A stretch of 64,000 nt of DNA from a virus (Duplodnaviria > Caudoviricetes), in IMG/VR virus record IMGVR_UViG_3300032306_000439, positions 1 to 64,000 of that record. One strand, written 5' to 3'. The translations under genes and the position numbers were made by a program. The notes below the pieces were generated by a model. That model worked only from the letters and a program-made list of their open reading frames with translations, searched no databases and had not been told where the DNA came from. Of this stretch, positions 47,152 to 56,782 are shown piece after piece. Numbering within the stretch: position 1 is the stretch's first letter; every line of letters starts with the position of its first letter.

Positions 47152-48135
47152 TTAGACCCCCAGCTGATTTACCAGCGCCTTCTGCATGTCTAGAGGTAGG
47201 GTGGGCAGTACCTCTGAGAGCTTCTGCTCGTCGATATCTCCGCCCTCACTTATCTCGGTTACTATATCAGGTCCGAGAACATCGCCATAGAAATTTACGT
47301 CTCTGGCCATGAGGGTGGACATAGGCACGCTTCTGCCTGCTAGGGTCATAGTCTCCTGCATAGCAGTCTTGGTATTGAAGACCGTCTCCTGGGGGTTGGG
47401 CAGCTTCTTACCGTAGAGACGTGCAAGGCCGAACTCTTCGTCAAGCTTAGCTATAGCGTTAGCAACCTTGATTAATTCGGACCTTTCTGTGTTATAAGAA
47501 AGTGTTCTGATTCCCTCTGCTAGCTTGCAGAATATTTTCTCTGCCTTAGGGCAGGCATGTCCACGAGCCTCTACCCACTCAGCGGCCTTTTCTAGGTCGC
47601 ACTGGGCCAGCCCAGCGTAGGCTAGAGTCTCTGTCTCAACTGACAGCCCCTTGTCGGCAGCTACCTTAACAAGAGTCGTAGCTGCCGTGGCAAGGCTAGT
47701 GGGGCTTAGCTTTCTGGCGTTCTTAATGATGGCCAGCTCAGCCTGCTTAATAGTGTCAGCGTCGATGGAGTCTAGGGGAGGCAGAGGGAACTGCTTAGTG
47801 GCCGGCAGCAAGTAAGTAACTTCAGCTGCGGCAACCTTCTGCCTGACTGGCGGAGGCATTGAGATGTCATAGATGCTTAGGGCGTTGTCAATACGCCCAC
47901 CGATCTCGGGATCGACACCTGCCTGCTTTGAGAAGTAGGCCTTTGAAAGGAGGGCATGCTCAGGGGTGTGTATTGGGAACAGTCTGTTGTAGGGGTCTGC
48001 GAAAGATGACTGAGGAAGAGAGCCCCTCACGTCCTCTCCTACAGAGGCTGTCTTAACTAGGAATGAGAAGCCTGGTCTCTCGTCCACGATGGACTTGAGT
48101 ACAGAAAAAGTGGGATCAGTGTTCTGGTCTCGCAT
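47152..48135 (-). CDS. Head/core-type protein with K-x-A motifs
   Basis: Start MRDQNTDP after AGGAG; KTAS, KQAG, KVAA, KLAE, KTAM. Confidence 0.7.
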   Translation of the reverse strand: MRDQNTDPTFSVLKSIVDERPGFSFLVKTASVGEDVRGSLPQSSFADPYNRLFPIHTPEHALLSKAYFSKQAGVDPEIGGRIDNALSIYDISMPPPVRQKVAAAEVTYLLPATKQFPLPPLDSIDADTIKQAELAIIKNARKLSPTSLATAATTLVKVAADKGLSVETETLAYAGLAQCDLEKAAEWVEARGHACPKAEKIFCKLAEGIRTLSYNTERSELIKVANAIAKLDEEFGLARLYGKKLPNPQETVFNTKTAMQETMTLAGRSVPMSTLMARDVNFYGDVLGPDIVTEISEGGDIDEQKLSEVLPTLPLDMQKALVNQLGV

Positions 48136-48164
48136 GGGTTCTCCTACGGGGAAAGGATAGTAAG

Positions 48165-49571
48165 ATGAAGTCCACATTGCCAGAAATTCTGGCGTTCCTG
48201 CAGACTGGGCGCGGAGGGGGTAACCCGTTCTTCCCCACCATCATCAACGCGCTCAAGAAGATTGAGACGCCGGGGATGGGGACGGCTGGCGTTTCGGTTA
48301 CGCCCGAGGGAAAGATGGTGCTGCGGTACGACCCGCAGCTGGTCGAGGACCTGGAGTTCCGTGAGCTCCAGTTGGTGATGATTCACGAGGTTTACCACCT
48401 CGCTCTGAACCACATCCCCCGACTGATGCGACTGATCGAGGGTCATGAGGGACTGGAGCTCAAGCGCATCATGCGCGTGGCTAACATCGCCATGGACTAC
48501 GCCGTGAATTCTCTCATGGTCCAGGCCAAAGAGGCCACGGTTCAGGACTTCAAGACCCTTGGTCCTGACATGGGAGACGGTAAGCACAAGTACGCTGGCG
48601 TCTACCCCACGGATGCCGACTTGCCTCCTTTCCAGACGTTCGAGTGGTACTTCCTGCGCATCATGGAGAATCTTCCCCAGTTCGTGAAGGTGATCGGTGT
48701 TGTGGGAAAGGGGGAAGGAGAAGGGTCCGGAGGCGGCGGGTGCGGAGAGAATGAGGGAGAGAATGGTGAGGGCAGCGGAGACAAGACCCTCAGGGCCCTT
48801 GAAGACTACATCAAGAGGAACAGCCCCACGTCAAACCTTGACGACCTCGAAGAGGCCCTCAAGGAGATGACTGCCGACCAGATCTCCGACCTGGCTAACC
48901 AGGTGGAGCGAGAGGCAAAGAAGGCTGTTGGCAAGGCTGTTGAGGCTGCCAGGAAGAGCCGTGGTACCGTCCCAGGCAATCTGCAGCAGTCCGTCGACGA
49001 GCTCCTCAAGGACAAGGAGATCCCCTGGCAGCGCCTGTTGTCGGCCTGGATCAGCAACGCTCTTCGCAAGGATCGAGAGCGAAGCAAGAGGCGTCCGAAG
49101 CGCCGCTCCATGGACGACGCTCGGATGTCTGCCTACCCAGGTAAGATCGGCCACGACCAGTACACTCTGGTCTACGCCATCGACACCTCGGGCTCCATGG
49201 GAGGAGAGGAGTTGGCGGAGGTCATGTCGGAGCTCCAGAACCTGCAGAAGGCGCAGCGCGGGATCAAGATCCACGTCCTGGAGGCGGACACGGAGATCCA
49301 CCACGAGTACGAGGTTGGGTTCTCCGACAAGCCCAGCTTCGACATCCACGGTCGAGGCGGCACGGACTTCAACTGCGTGTTCCGCAGGCTGAAGGACGGT
49401 CTGAAGGCTGACGCCTTGATCTACGCTACGGACGGCTACGCCCCGATGCCTGATCTCTCCCTCCGGCTCAACATTCCGGTCATCTGGGCAATCACGAGCC
49501 GTGGTCGTAGCCCCTGCACCGACACCGACCAATATGGCCGTACCCTGCTGATCAAGGGCAAGGACCAGTGA
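48165..49571 (+). CDS. Metallopeptidase-like + VWA domain protein (MoxR partner)
   Basis: HEVYH...NIAMDYAVN; MIDAS IDTSGSM, GRGGTDF, ATDG. Confidence 0.88.
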   Translation: MKSTLPEILAFLQTGRGGGNPFFPTIINALKKIETPGMGTAGVSVTPEGKMVLRYDPQLVEDLEFRELQLVMIHEVYHLALNHIPRLMRLIEGHEGLELKRIMRVANIAMDYAVNSLMVQAKEATVQDFKTLGPDMGDGKHKYAGVYPTDADLPPFQTFEWYFLRIMENLPQFVKVIGVVGKGEGEGSGGGGCGENEGENGEGSGDKTLRALEDYIKRNSPTSNLDDLEEALKEMTADQISDLANQVEREAKKAVGKAVEAARKSRGTVPGNLQQSVDELLKDKEIPWQRLLSAWISNALRKDRERSKRRPKRRSMDDARMSAYPGKIGHDQYTLVYAIDTSGSMGGEELAEVMSELQNLQKAQRGIKIHVLEADTEIHHEYEVGFSDKPSFDIHGRGGTDFNCVFRRLKDGLKADALIYATDGYAPMPDLSLRLNIPVIWAITSRGRSPCTDTDQYGRTLLIKGKDQ

Positions 49572-50254
49572 AGGTACTCAGCCTAAAGGCGGCGTTCTCG
49601 TTCACCCGTGGCTACATCTTCGACAAGATGTACTTTGTTAAGAAAGGAGACGAGGAAGTCATCCCTAGGATGTTCAGTACATGCCTGCAGATGAGAATCT
49701 CTGGGCCGAACATGGACTCTCTTAGGGCGATGATGGTCAACGAGATTCTCAATGAGAGGGGAGAGGTAGTAGCGCAAGAGTTCAAAGTGACGAGGGATCA
49801 GGCCCCCGAGTCACTGCCCCTTGTCCAAGAGTTCAAGAAAGATCTCACGGACAGGAACATGAACGACTGGTGGTGCGTAGTACCGATCCTCCTCAGGAGT
49901 GTAGCGTCGTCCCCCGACGAAGAAGGAGAGGAGGACGAGCTGAAGACTAGGTCCCGGCTGATGTACTTGAGAAACAAGAGCTGGGATCGAGTCCGTACAT
50001 CTGAGATGCGAAGAAAGTCTCTGGGCAAGCCGGACATCCCGGACACGGCTATTCTGCATGTGGCCGGAGATCAGATCTCTCCCCCGTGCTTGGCGTGTCC
50101 TCACCTCGACAGGCACGTAGCTGGGGGATGCACTCTAGGCATGACTTCGTGCCTCACGTCCATCGGCATCGTCCATAAGAGCCAGTTCGTGAAGAACTTG
50201 GAGAAGTACGGGAAGGAGGTTGCCGGTGCCGGGATTCAAGAAGACAACCCTTAG
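49568..50254 (+). CDS. Hypothetical protein with C-terminal Cys/His cluster, upstream of RT
   Basis: 228 aa; GTGA coupling; CLACPHLDRHVAGGCTLGMTSC. Confidence 0.75.
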   Translation: MKVLSLKAAFSFTRGYIFDKMYFVKKGDEEVIPRMFSTCLQMRISGPNMDSLRAMMVNEILNERGEVVAQEFKVTRDQAPESLPLVQEFKKDLTDRNMNDWWCVVPILLRSVASSPDEEGEEDELKTRSRLMYLRNKSWDRVRTSEMRRKSLGKPDIPDTAILHVAGDQISPPCLACPHLDRHVAGGCTLGMTSCLTSIGIVHKSQFVKNLEKYGKEVAGAGIQEDNP

Positions 50255-51326
50255 CGTAATGGAGGTCGGCCAGGTACCGGACGGAATGCCACTGGCGTTT
50301 GACGACAACACGCTGGCGTTCCATATCGGCATCAAGACCCGGACCCTGTGGCTTATGGTTATGGGCTCGGGGTTGCAGGCAGGCCAGAAAGGGTCGGCCT
50401 ACCGTTTGGGTGAAATACCCAAAAGAGGCAGGGCTGGGCAGAGGGGCGAAAAGCGTAAGCTACACATACCCTCTGACCGTCTAAAGGCGGTGCAAAGAGC
50501 TCTGTGCGCCGCGTTCGTTCAGCCACTGCCGGTGGGACCACAGGTCAAGGCGTACGAGCCGGGCTCGTCCGTTGTGGGAACCGCACAGGACATGTCTGGA
50601 GGGGGCGTGCTCATCTCCATGGACCTGAAGAACTTCTTCGGGTCCATACGAATGAGCTGGGTCAGGTCCTTCTTCATGTCCAAGGGATACAACAGGCAAG
50701 TAGCGAGCCTCTTGGCTCGCCTTTGCTGTTGCCGAGATGAGGGAGTTAACTTCCTCCCGCAGGGTACTCCTGTAAGCCCCGGGCTTGCTAATCGCATTGC
50801 CCAAGACAGAGTCGACGGGGCTGTACTGGACATCTGCAAGGAGTATGGATGGTCTTACGTCCGCTATTCCGACAACGTCTACTTCAGCCACCCTGAGGTC
50901 GTACCAGTCGACAAGACTAACGAGTTCAAGGATAAGGTTGCGGCAGCGTTCAGGAGGGGCGGCTGGGCGACACACAAGATCCTAGTGTTGCCCAAGTGGC
51001 GCAGGCAAAAGGTCCTGGGCCTGACTGTGAACGACAAGCCCAACGTTCAGAGGGAGCAGTACGCAGCGCTTCGGGCGCTGATACACAACTGCATGGTGGA
51101 GGGCTTTGAGTCTCAGGTGGAGATGTCTAAAGCCAAGATCAACCCGAGTATAAATTGCGCTGAAGACTTGATAGCGCACATCCGTGGCAAGCTCAGCTAC
51201 TTCGGTCAAGTGCTGGAGGCTAGCCGTCAAGAAAGGCTGTCCCAGGAGTTTGAGACAGCCTTGGAAACTGAAAGGCTCTCCCTTAGACAGAAATGGGAAG
51301 AGCAGGACAAGGAGGACTCCCTTTGA
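50226..51326 (+). CDS. Retron-type reverse transcriptase with atypical YSDN motif
   Basis: IPKR...RKLHIPSDRLKAVQR, AYEPG, MDLKNFFGSI, LPQGTPVSPGLAN, YVRYSDNVYFS, QKVLGLTVNDKPNV; GTG start 6 nt after GGAGG. Confidence 0.9.
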   Translation: MPGFKKTTLSVMEVGQVPDGMPLAFDDNTLAFHIGIKTRTLWLMVMGSGLQAGQKGSAYRLGEIPKRGRAGQRGEKRKLHIPSDRLKAVQRALCAAFVQPLPVGPQVKAYEPGSSVVGTAQDMSGGGVLISMDLKNFFGSIRMSWVRSFFMSKGYNRQVASLLARLCCCRDEGVNFLPQGTPVSPGLANRIAQDRVDGAVLDICKEYGWSYVRYSDNVYFSHPEVVPVDKTNEFKDKVAAAFRRGGWATHKILVLPKWRRQKVLGLTVNDKPNVQREQYAALRALIHNCMVEGFESQVEMSKAKINPSINCAEDLIAHIRGKLSYFGQVLEASRQERLSQEFETALETERLSLRQKWEEQDKEDSL

Positions 51327-52738
51327 TGAGGGCGGTATTAGCACAGGCAATGGGCGGTATCTGGTCCCACTTTCCTAGGTGGAGGGGGAACAGCTCAACC
51401 CTGCTTCCCGGTATCCTGATTCAGATGCCGGACGAGAACATCAAGAATCACGAGCAGGTCTTTGTCTCCCTGAGGAACAAGATCGAAGCGGACCTTTTTG
51501 TAATCCACCGTTGGGCTAAGGTCTTCATGACCCCCTTTGCCATCCCAGGCCCAGGGGCGTGGCTGAAGCACAGCTACGACTACGTGGTTACTGGAGAAGG
51601 CTTGGTAACAGAGCCTCTAGCAGATGTGTATCGCAACTGCATGCAGTTCGAGAAGTTCGCTAGCCCTCCGTGTCTGTCCTGTAAGTGGGACACCTGCCTA
51701 CAAGAATCAGGCAGCCCACTGGTAGTCAAGGACATGGGTATGTCATTGACGCTAGGGTGGGGGGACAACTCTAAGTACGAGTTCGGTCCCTACGACTCGT
51801 ACAACACCTGGGTAGCAGGCGCAACAGCTAGAACAGCTCACGTACCGGTACCGAGAAGCCCGATGCAGCTGGCTGTTAGCGAGGAGGCCAGCGCCCAGAT
51901 GGTTAGCAAGTTGAAGGAAGCCATCCAGGGTACGGAAGGCCTAAGCCTCGTCCCAAACAAGTGGGCGCTGTCGGACAAGGTTGGGGTGTCGGAGAATAAG
52001 ATCTACCCAATCCAGGATATCTCGCTCGAGGAAAGTGACCTGAAGAAGCGCAAGGCTGAGCTCAGTGCTAACAGCAGTAGGGCAGCGGCCACGAGAAAGG
52101 TCCGCAAGGATGTGTGCTCCCAATGCGTCATCTCGGGTACCTGCAATAAGTACCAACCCACAAAATGCTCCGGAGCTCTGACCCTAGAAGACCTACAGGA
52201 CAGGGTCAAAGACAGGGTAAAGAAAACTTTCGGGGAGGTTCCCACAAAGGATACGCCCTGGATAAAGGCGACTCTGGCGGCGTCCGGGCATTACATAGAG
52301 GGCCGAATCGGTACACGGAAAGGCAGGGCAACCACGTATACAATCTGCGGCGTGTTCCCGACTCTGGCTATGGGGGGTCCAGGGGACCTGGTTGTCAGGC
52401 TGAGGAGGAAGCGCTATGCGCTCCATCAGTTCATCCACGTAGACCTCAAGAAAGACTGGTCAACGTGGAAGCCTGAGGAGCTCCAGAAGATCTTGGATCT
52501 GCCTCACAAGGAGATCACGGACGACCAGGCAGTCTGGCTGGCGTACCTAATGTCCCTTAGCGGATGGCGTAGACCCTATGGATCCTGGGACGAGCCGTGG
52601 AGGTTCTGGGTCAAGGATGGCAAGGTGATTATGCGCACCCACCATTATCGGCACTACGAAATAGAGAACTGGGAGGACTGCAACATTCCTGGAGTCCGGC
52701 AGTTCCGTACTAACAAAACCACATGGGGGAAGGAGTAG
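51326..52738 (+). CDS. Cys-rich hypothetical protein coupled to RT
   Basis: TGATG overlap with the RT stop, AAGGAGG RBS; CLSCKWDTC and CSQCVISGTC...C motifs. Confidence 0.75.
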   Translation: MRAVLAQAMGGIWSHFPRWRGNSSTLLPGILIQMPDENIKNHEQVFVSLRNKIEADLFVIHRWAKVFMTPFAIPGPGAWLKHSYDYVVTGEGLVTEPLADVYRNCMQFEKFASPPCLSCKWDTCLQESGSPLVVKDMGMSLTLGWGDNSKYEFGPYDSYNTWVAGATARTAHVPVPRSPMQLAVSEEASAQMVSKLKEAIQGTEGLSLVPNKWALSDKVGVSENKIYPIQDISLEESDLKKRKAELSANSSRAAATRKVRKDVCSQCVISGTCNKYQPTKCSGALTLEDLQDRVKDRVKKTFGEVPTKDTPWIKATLAASGHYIEGRIGTRKGRATTYTICGVFPTLAMGGPGDLVVRLRRKRYALHQFIHVDLKKDWSTWKPEELQKILDLPHKEITDDQAVWLAYLMSLSGWRRPYGSWDEPWRFWVKDGKVIMRTHHYRHYEIENWEDCNIPGVRQFRTNKTTWGKE

Positions 52739-52742
52739 TGAC

Positions 52743-53177
52743 GTGAAGATCAGCGGAAAAGACCTTAAGGACCTGATCCCTGACGGGATCGTGTTTGAGG
52801 TAGGCGGTATCGGCCTGCACTCTAGGGACCAGAGCCTGGCGGTCCTTAACCTAGAGTGCTCTGAAGGCAGCATGTCTGTGGTTGTCTACAAGAAGGCTGT
52901 AGGCAAGCTGCTCATGAAGGTCCCGACTCCGGCGGCAGAGCCCGTTAAGCCGGTCGTCGAGGACGCTCCGGCTAGGTCGGAAGAAGAGGCCCCTGCTCAG
53001 GCTGCGGCATCCGACGACGGTGGCCGGCGCATCGGCATGACCCGCAAGAAGGACGGCAAGACCGAGACGCTCAAGGGCTTCACGGCGACCGGCAGCATCC
53101 GAGAGAAGCCGGCCAACGCAGAGCGGCGCGTCAAGCACCCGGACACGGGCGAGCTGGTGTGGCCCCTATGGGAATGA
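52743..53177 (+). CDS. Hypothetical protein
   Basis: 144 aa; AAGGAG RBS; GC-rich third positions. Confidence 0.75.
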   Translation: MKISGKDLKDLIPDGIVFEVGGIGLHSRDQSLAVLNLECSEGSMSVVVYKKAVGKLLMKVPTPAAEPVKPVVEDAPARSEEEAPAQAAASDDGGRRIGMTRKKDGKTETLKGFTATGSIREKPANAERRVKHPDTGELVWPLWE

Positions 53178-54484
53178 CGGCATGGGTGCCAAACGACATG
53201 GTCGTAACAAGGGCCATAGCGCTTCCGTCGAGGAAGGACCTGACCAAGGAGGTATCAATCCAGGCGGATATCTCTGGAGGCTCGGTTACCTTCGATCACG
53301 AATTAGTGCTACTTGGCCTGGCTCCTCGCCTATACGGGGGAAGAACTAGCAACAGCACTAACTTCCTGGTGTACGCTGGCCCATGGCGGGAAGAGTATGA
53401 CGGTTGGGTAAAGTCGAGCTACCTAGTCAACAAGAGGCTTGGTTTCGCCAGCTTGACTATGCTCGATGTCATACACGATCACCTGCATCGTATAACTCAC
53501 CGCCTAGGAATACAGCCTCCTCCTCATGCGTACGTATCTGACCCATCAGCGACAGGGTACATAAGAGGACTGACGGAGGACGACGACCTGCCCGCTGAGG
53601 CTGTGCAGCTTGACCAGCAGTTGTACATTAGAGGCCTGATAGGGCTAAGCACTGGCAGGGGGGCGTCGGACGAGGCCATAGACCTGATTCCTATGGAAGA
53701 GTACCTACTGGGTAGGGCGGTCAAAGAGGTCCTAAGCGACTGCGTATCCACAAATTCCTTCCTAGACAAGAGCGCAGTAGCGACAGCCACCAGCACCTAC
53801 CAGGTAATTGCCTCAACTCTGGAGAACCCGGAGCGCATGCGAATCCTGGACAAGGACAAGTTAAGAGAAGGCGCCCTGGAGCTGTACGAGATTCCATTTG
53901 ACCGCATCTTCTCAGTGATCAAGAAGTTCGCGGAGCCTCACAAGACCAAGTACGCTAAGGCCAGGAAAAAATACGAGAAGGACTACCACTACCACATAAA
54001 TGCCATACTAGAGACTCCACTAAAGACATACCTTGGCAAAGTAAGGCCGACCGCAAGAGCGGTTGCAGCCTCCCTTGTGTGGCTGTCAGACACTGACTTG
54101 CCTGACAACTACGCCGAGGAAGTTCTAGAGGACATTATCCGGGGCTCTAAGTACGTAGGGGAGATACCCCGGGAATTGATCCTGTCTAGCAGATCCAAGG
54201 ACAGGGCGATTCTGTATCTAAAGGAGCGCAGCAAGGAGTCTCTTGCAGAGGCCATCAAGTCTCTTGGGGACACCAGCCGAAGCGACTACTATGCTAGAGC
54301 GGCCACCCTCAAGGATGTCTTGGCTAATCTAGAACACATAGGCCCTGCGCATAGGGTGATCCTCAGAGAGAAACTCGAGGCCATAGCAGAAGCCAACATC
54401 TCTGGGGAACCGAATCCTCTGTATGTACCCAACATAGGTACCCTCAAGAAGGTTACACGTCTACTACTGAGCGAGAGCCTCTAG
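53174..54484 (+). CDS. Hypothetical protein
   Basis: ~436 aa; ATGA coupling. Confidence 0.7.
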   Translation: MTAWVPNDMVVTRAIALPSRKDLTKEVSIQADISGGSVTFDHELVLLGLAPRLYGGRTSNSTNFLVYAGPWREEYDGWVKSSYLVNKRLGFASLTMLDVIHDHLHRITHRLGIQPPPHAYVSDPSATGYIRGLTEDDDLPAEAVQLDQQLYIRGLIGLSTGRGASDEAIDLIPMEEYLLGRAVKEVLSDCVSTNSFLDKSAVATATSTYQVIASTLENPERMRILDKDKLREGALELYEIPFDRIFSVIKKFAEPHKTKYAKARKKYEKDYHYHINAILETPLKTYLGKVRPTARAVAASLVWLSDTDLPDNYAEEVLEDIIRGSKYVGEIPRELILSSRSKDRAILYLKERSKESLAEAIKSLGDTSRSDYYARAATLKDVLANLEHIGPAHRVILREKLEAIAEANISGEPNPLYVPNIGTLKKVTRLLLSESL

Positions 54485-55720
54485 GTCTGCATCTGGGCAG
54501 ACTTCCAAGAGCTCTGACGCGGCCCTGTTGGCAACAGCTTGTGCCGCGTCTTTTTTAGCTTTGGCAGTTTCTAGCGACGACAACTTAGATGCCTCAGAAG
54601 CCAGGTCAGTGTCGTACAGCGAGCCATAGTTAACGCAGTTAGATTCTGCCTCAGATTTTAGCGAAGCAAGAGCCGTAACATACCCACCAGAGCCCACCAA
54701 TGAATCAAGAGCGGCCTGCACCTTAGTTGCAGCGCTAGCCGCAGCCCCAAAGTCGTCCACAGGCAGGTAGTCAGATAGGAACCTAACCTCCCACTTGTCC
54801 CCTTCAGCCGGAGATTCTGTGAAGGGCTGTAGTAGGTTAAGAGTCGTGGTTCCGGTTATGCTCCCGATAGTTCTGACTTCCTTGTGGCCGTCAGAAAAGG
54901 TTACCACTAACAAATGGCCAGAATAGGTAGCGCTTGAGCCAGCTGGAAAAGACCCGCTAGGCGTATAAGCCTGGCTAGCTGTAGACCCGGCCTCCAGGGA
55001 CCCCTTCTTACCATTGGCTACTCTAGTACACCTGCTTAGCTGATCAGATGCTTGGTTTAGAGCATTTACTGCTATGCCCAGGGCGTAGGAAGGGCTAGCG
55101 GGAGTAGTCTCGTCCGAAGTAAGCCCGTACAGGTTAGCGAGCTTGTCACTGTAGTAACAGTGTATGTCCCTGATATCCTTATTTTTAGCTGCCTCATCTA
55201 TGGCAGTCTCGTACTCAGCCTGAGCCGCATCCTGCGCGGTCTCGGCTACCTTTCTTGCGTCTACTGCGTCCGTGTAAGCTTTTTTGTACGTGTCCTGTAC
55301 TGACAAAGACCCGCTACCTAGTGGCAGGTCAGTGACCTCGCTGTCAGTGATGAAGTCCAGGCGTGCTCTTTGCCACACTCCGACAAGAGAATTTATTCTG
55401 TCCTTGATTACAGGTACCGCAGCAATAGCAGTGTCAATATCATCGAAACTAAGAGTAGACTTACTGGTTCGATACTCAGAATGGCCTCTCTCTACAGCTA
55501 CGCTTCTTAGCGTGTGGATAAGATCCAAGTCCGCCAAGGTAGCTATGCGAGCAAAAGTGTCGCTTGACTCATTTGCTCCTATAGTCATTACGAATACGTG
55601 ATTGGGCATCCCCGTGGAACCTATTCCAGGGGATACTGAAAGCTCTATCTTGTACTTAGGAACTCCTGAGACGATCAGCGAGTACCTTCTCTGTGCTAAG
55701 ACAAGCTCTAGGTCAGACAT
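54464..55720 (-). CDS. Virion structural protein (paralogous domain plus coiled coils)
   Basis: 418 aa in the tail-side operon. Confidence 0.7.
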   Translation of the reverse strand: MSDLELVLAQRRYSLIVSGVPKYKIELSVSPGIGSTGMPNHVFVMTIGANESSDTFARIATLADLDLIHTLRSVAVERGHSEYRTSKSTLSFDDIDTAIAAVPVIKDRINSLVGVWQRARLDFITDSEVTDLPLGSGSLSVQDTYKKAYTDAVDARKVAETAQDAAQAEYETAIDEAAKNKDIRDIHCYYSDKLANLYGLTSDETTPASPSYALGIAVNALNQASDQLSRCTRVANGKKGSLEAGSTASQAYTPSGSFPAGSSATYSGHLLVVTFSDGHKEVRTIGSITGTTTLNLLQPFTESPAEGDKWEVRFLSDYLPVDDFGAAASAATKVQAALDSLVGSGGYVTALASLKSEAESNCVNYGSLYDTDLASEASKLSSLETAKAKKDAAQAVANRAASELLEVCPDADLEALAQ

Positions 55721-56399
55721 TGAAAACCTCTAAAGACGTGGGAGACGACGGCTCCACTATGGTCACATTTATAGTGGCCCTACCGTTGGCAGAGTCCTGG
55801 ACCACTATCTCACAGTTGCCAGAGTTGTTGGCTACAAACAGCCCTGTTGAACCTTCTATTATGCTCCCTGTGTAGTCCTCTCCTATTGAGTAGGAGTAAG
55901 GAGGGGAACCTCCAGAACCGGCAAACTTATGCGAGTCCAGTGGGTACATAGTATACGCCGTCCCTGTCTGACGGTAGGGAACTGGCCCAACTATTCCTAT
56001 GCTAAGAGGCGAAGTCAGGGTGGTCTCGGCGTCGAATCCTATCAAGGACTTTATTCTGGCCCTAGCATGGCGGTATGCGTAGTGAGCGTCGTCCCAAGAA
56101 GAGTAGGGAGACACTACACTGCTAGTCAGATAGAGGTGGTAGCCGCTTGAGTAGGTAATGCCAGTTGTCTCCGGGTCGTTAAAGCTGTATTTTTTTAGCT
56201 CCGACCTGCTCGCCACTCTTAGGTACGAAGGTTCTCCCCATGAAGAGCCGAAGTACTTCTTCTCTACTAAGAAGACCTTCTTAGCCAAGTTGACCGCCTG
56301 AGCAACGCTCATGGTCAGCTCCCAATACCCGGAGACTGGCTCGGGGTCACCTGGGGCACGGTAGTTTATACCGGCTGTGAGGACCAGTCTTCCCGACAT
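55713..56399 (-). CDS. Virion protein with C-terminal Ig-like domain
   Basis: GGSPPYSYSI...STGLF...IVVQDSANG...ATINVTI pattern. Confidence 0.65.
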   Translation of the reverse strand: MSGRLVLTAGINYRAPGDPEPVSGYWELTMSVAQAVNLAKKVFLVEKKYFGSSWGEPSYLRVASRSELKKYSFNDPETTGITYSSGYHLYLTSSVVSPYSSWDDAHYAYRHARARIKSLIGFDAETTLTSPLSIGIVGPVPYRQTGTAYTMYPLDSHKFAGSGGSPPYSYSIGEDYTGSIIEGSTGLFVANNSGNCEIVVQDSANGRATINVTIVEPSSPTSLEVFNV

Positions 56400-56764
56400 T
56401 AGACTGACTCCAGCTCAGTTACCGTAACTCCCTCAAAGCCTGCTATATCAGCGTAAGCCTGCACTCTCTCTAGCATTATTGACGACAGCTCGTCCTTGGC
56501 TATTTTAGCGCTGCTGACGCTGTCAAAAGTAAGGGTGCCGGAAGATTTCCTGTAGAAAGACGTAGCCTCATTCCTAGAAGTAGGATACGTAGATATCTCC
56601 CAAGGGGTGGCCACTCCGACGTAGTAGTCCTCGACCAGCACCTTGGTCTTTTTGAAGACCAATATCTCGCTGGGTATGTCCGTAGAGTCTATGATTTCTG
56701 CAAGGATGGACGCGCCGCCGTTTTCTAAAATGGAGCACGTCGTTCTTAGTGTAACTGAAGCCAT
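56399..56764 (-). CDS. Virion protein, paralog of the two downstream genes
   Basis: Shared motif series; start at MASV inferred. Confidence 0.65.
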   Translation of the reverse strand: MASVTLRTTCSILENGGASILAEIIDSTDIPSEILVFKKTKVLVEDYYVGVATPWEISTYPTSRNEATSFYRKSSGTLTFDSVSSAKIAKDELSSIMLERVQAYADIAGFEGVTVTELESV

Positions 56765-56782
56765 GCGGAGATAATACACTCT

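Noticed and set aside
50226-51326. DGR or group II intron RT
   Set aside because: QGxxxSP and retron-like thumb motifs; no TR/VR pair or Avd-like gene seen; no maturase/endonuclease domain and no flanking room for intron RNA.
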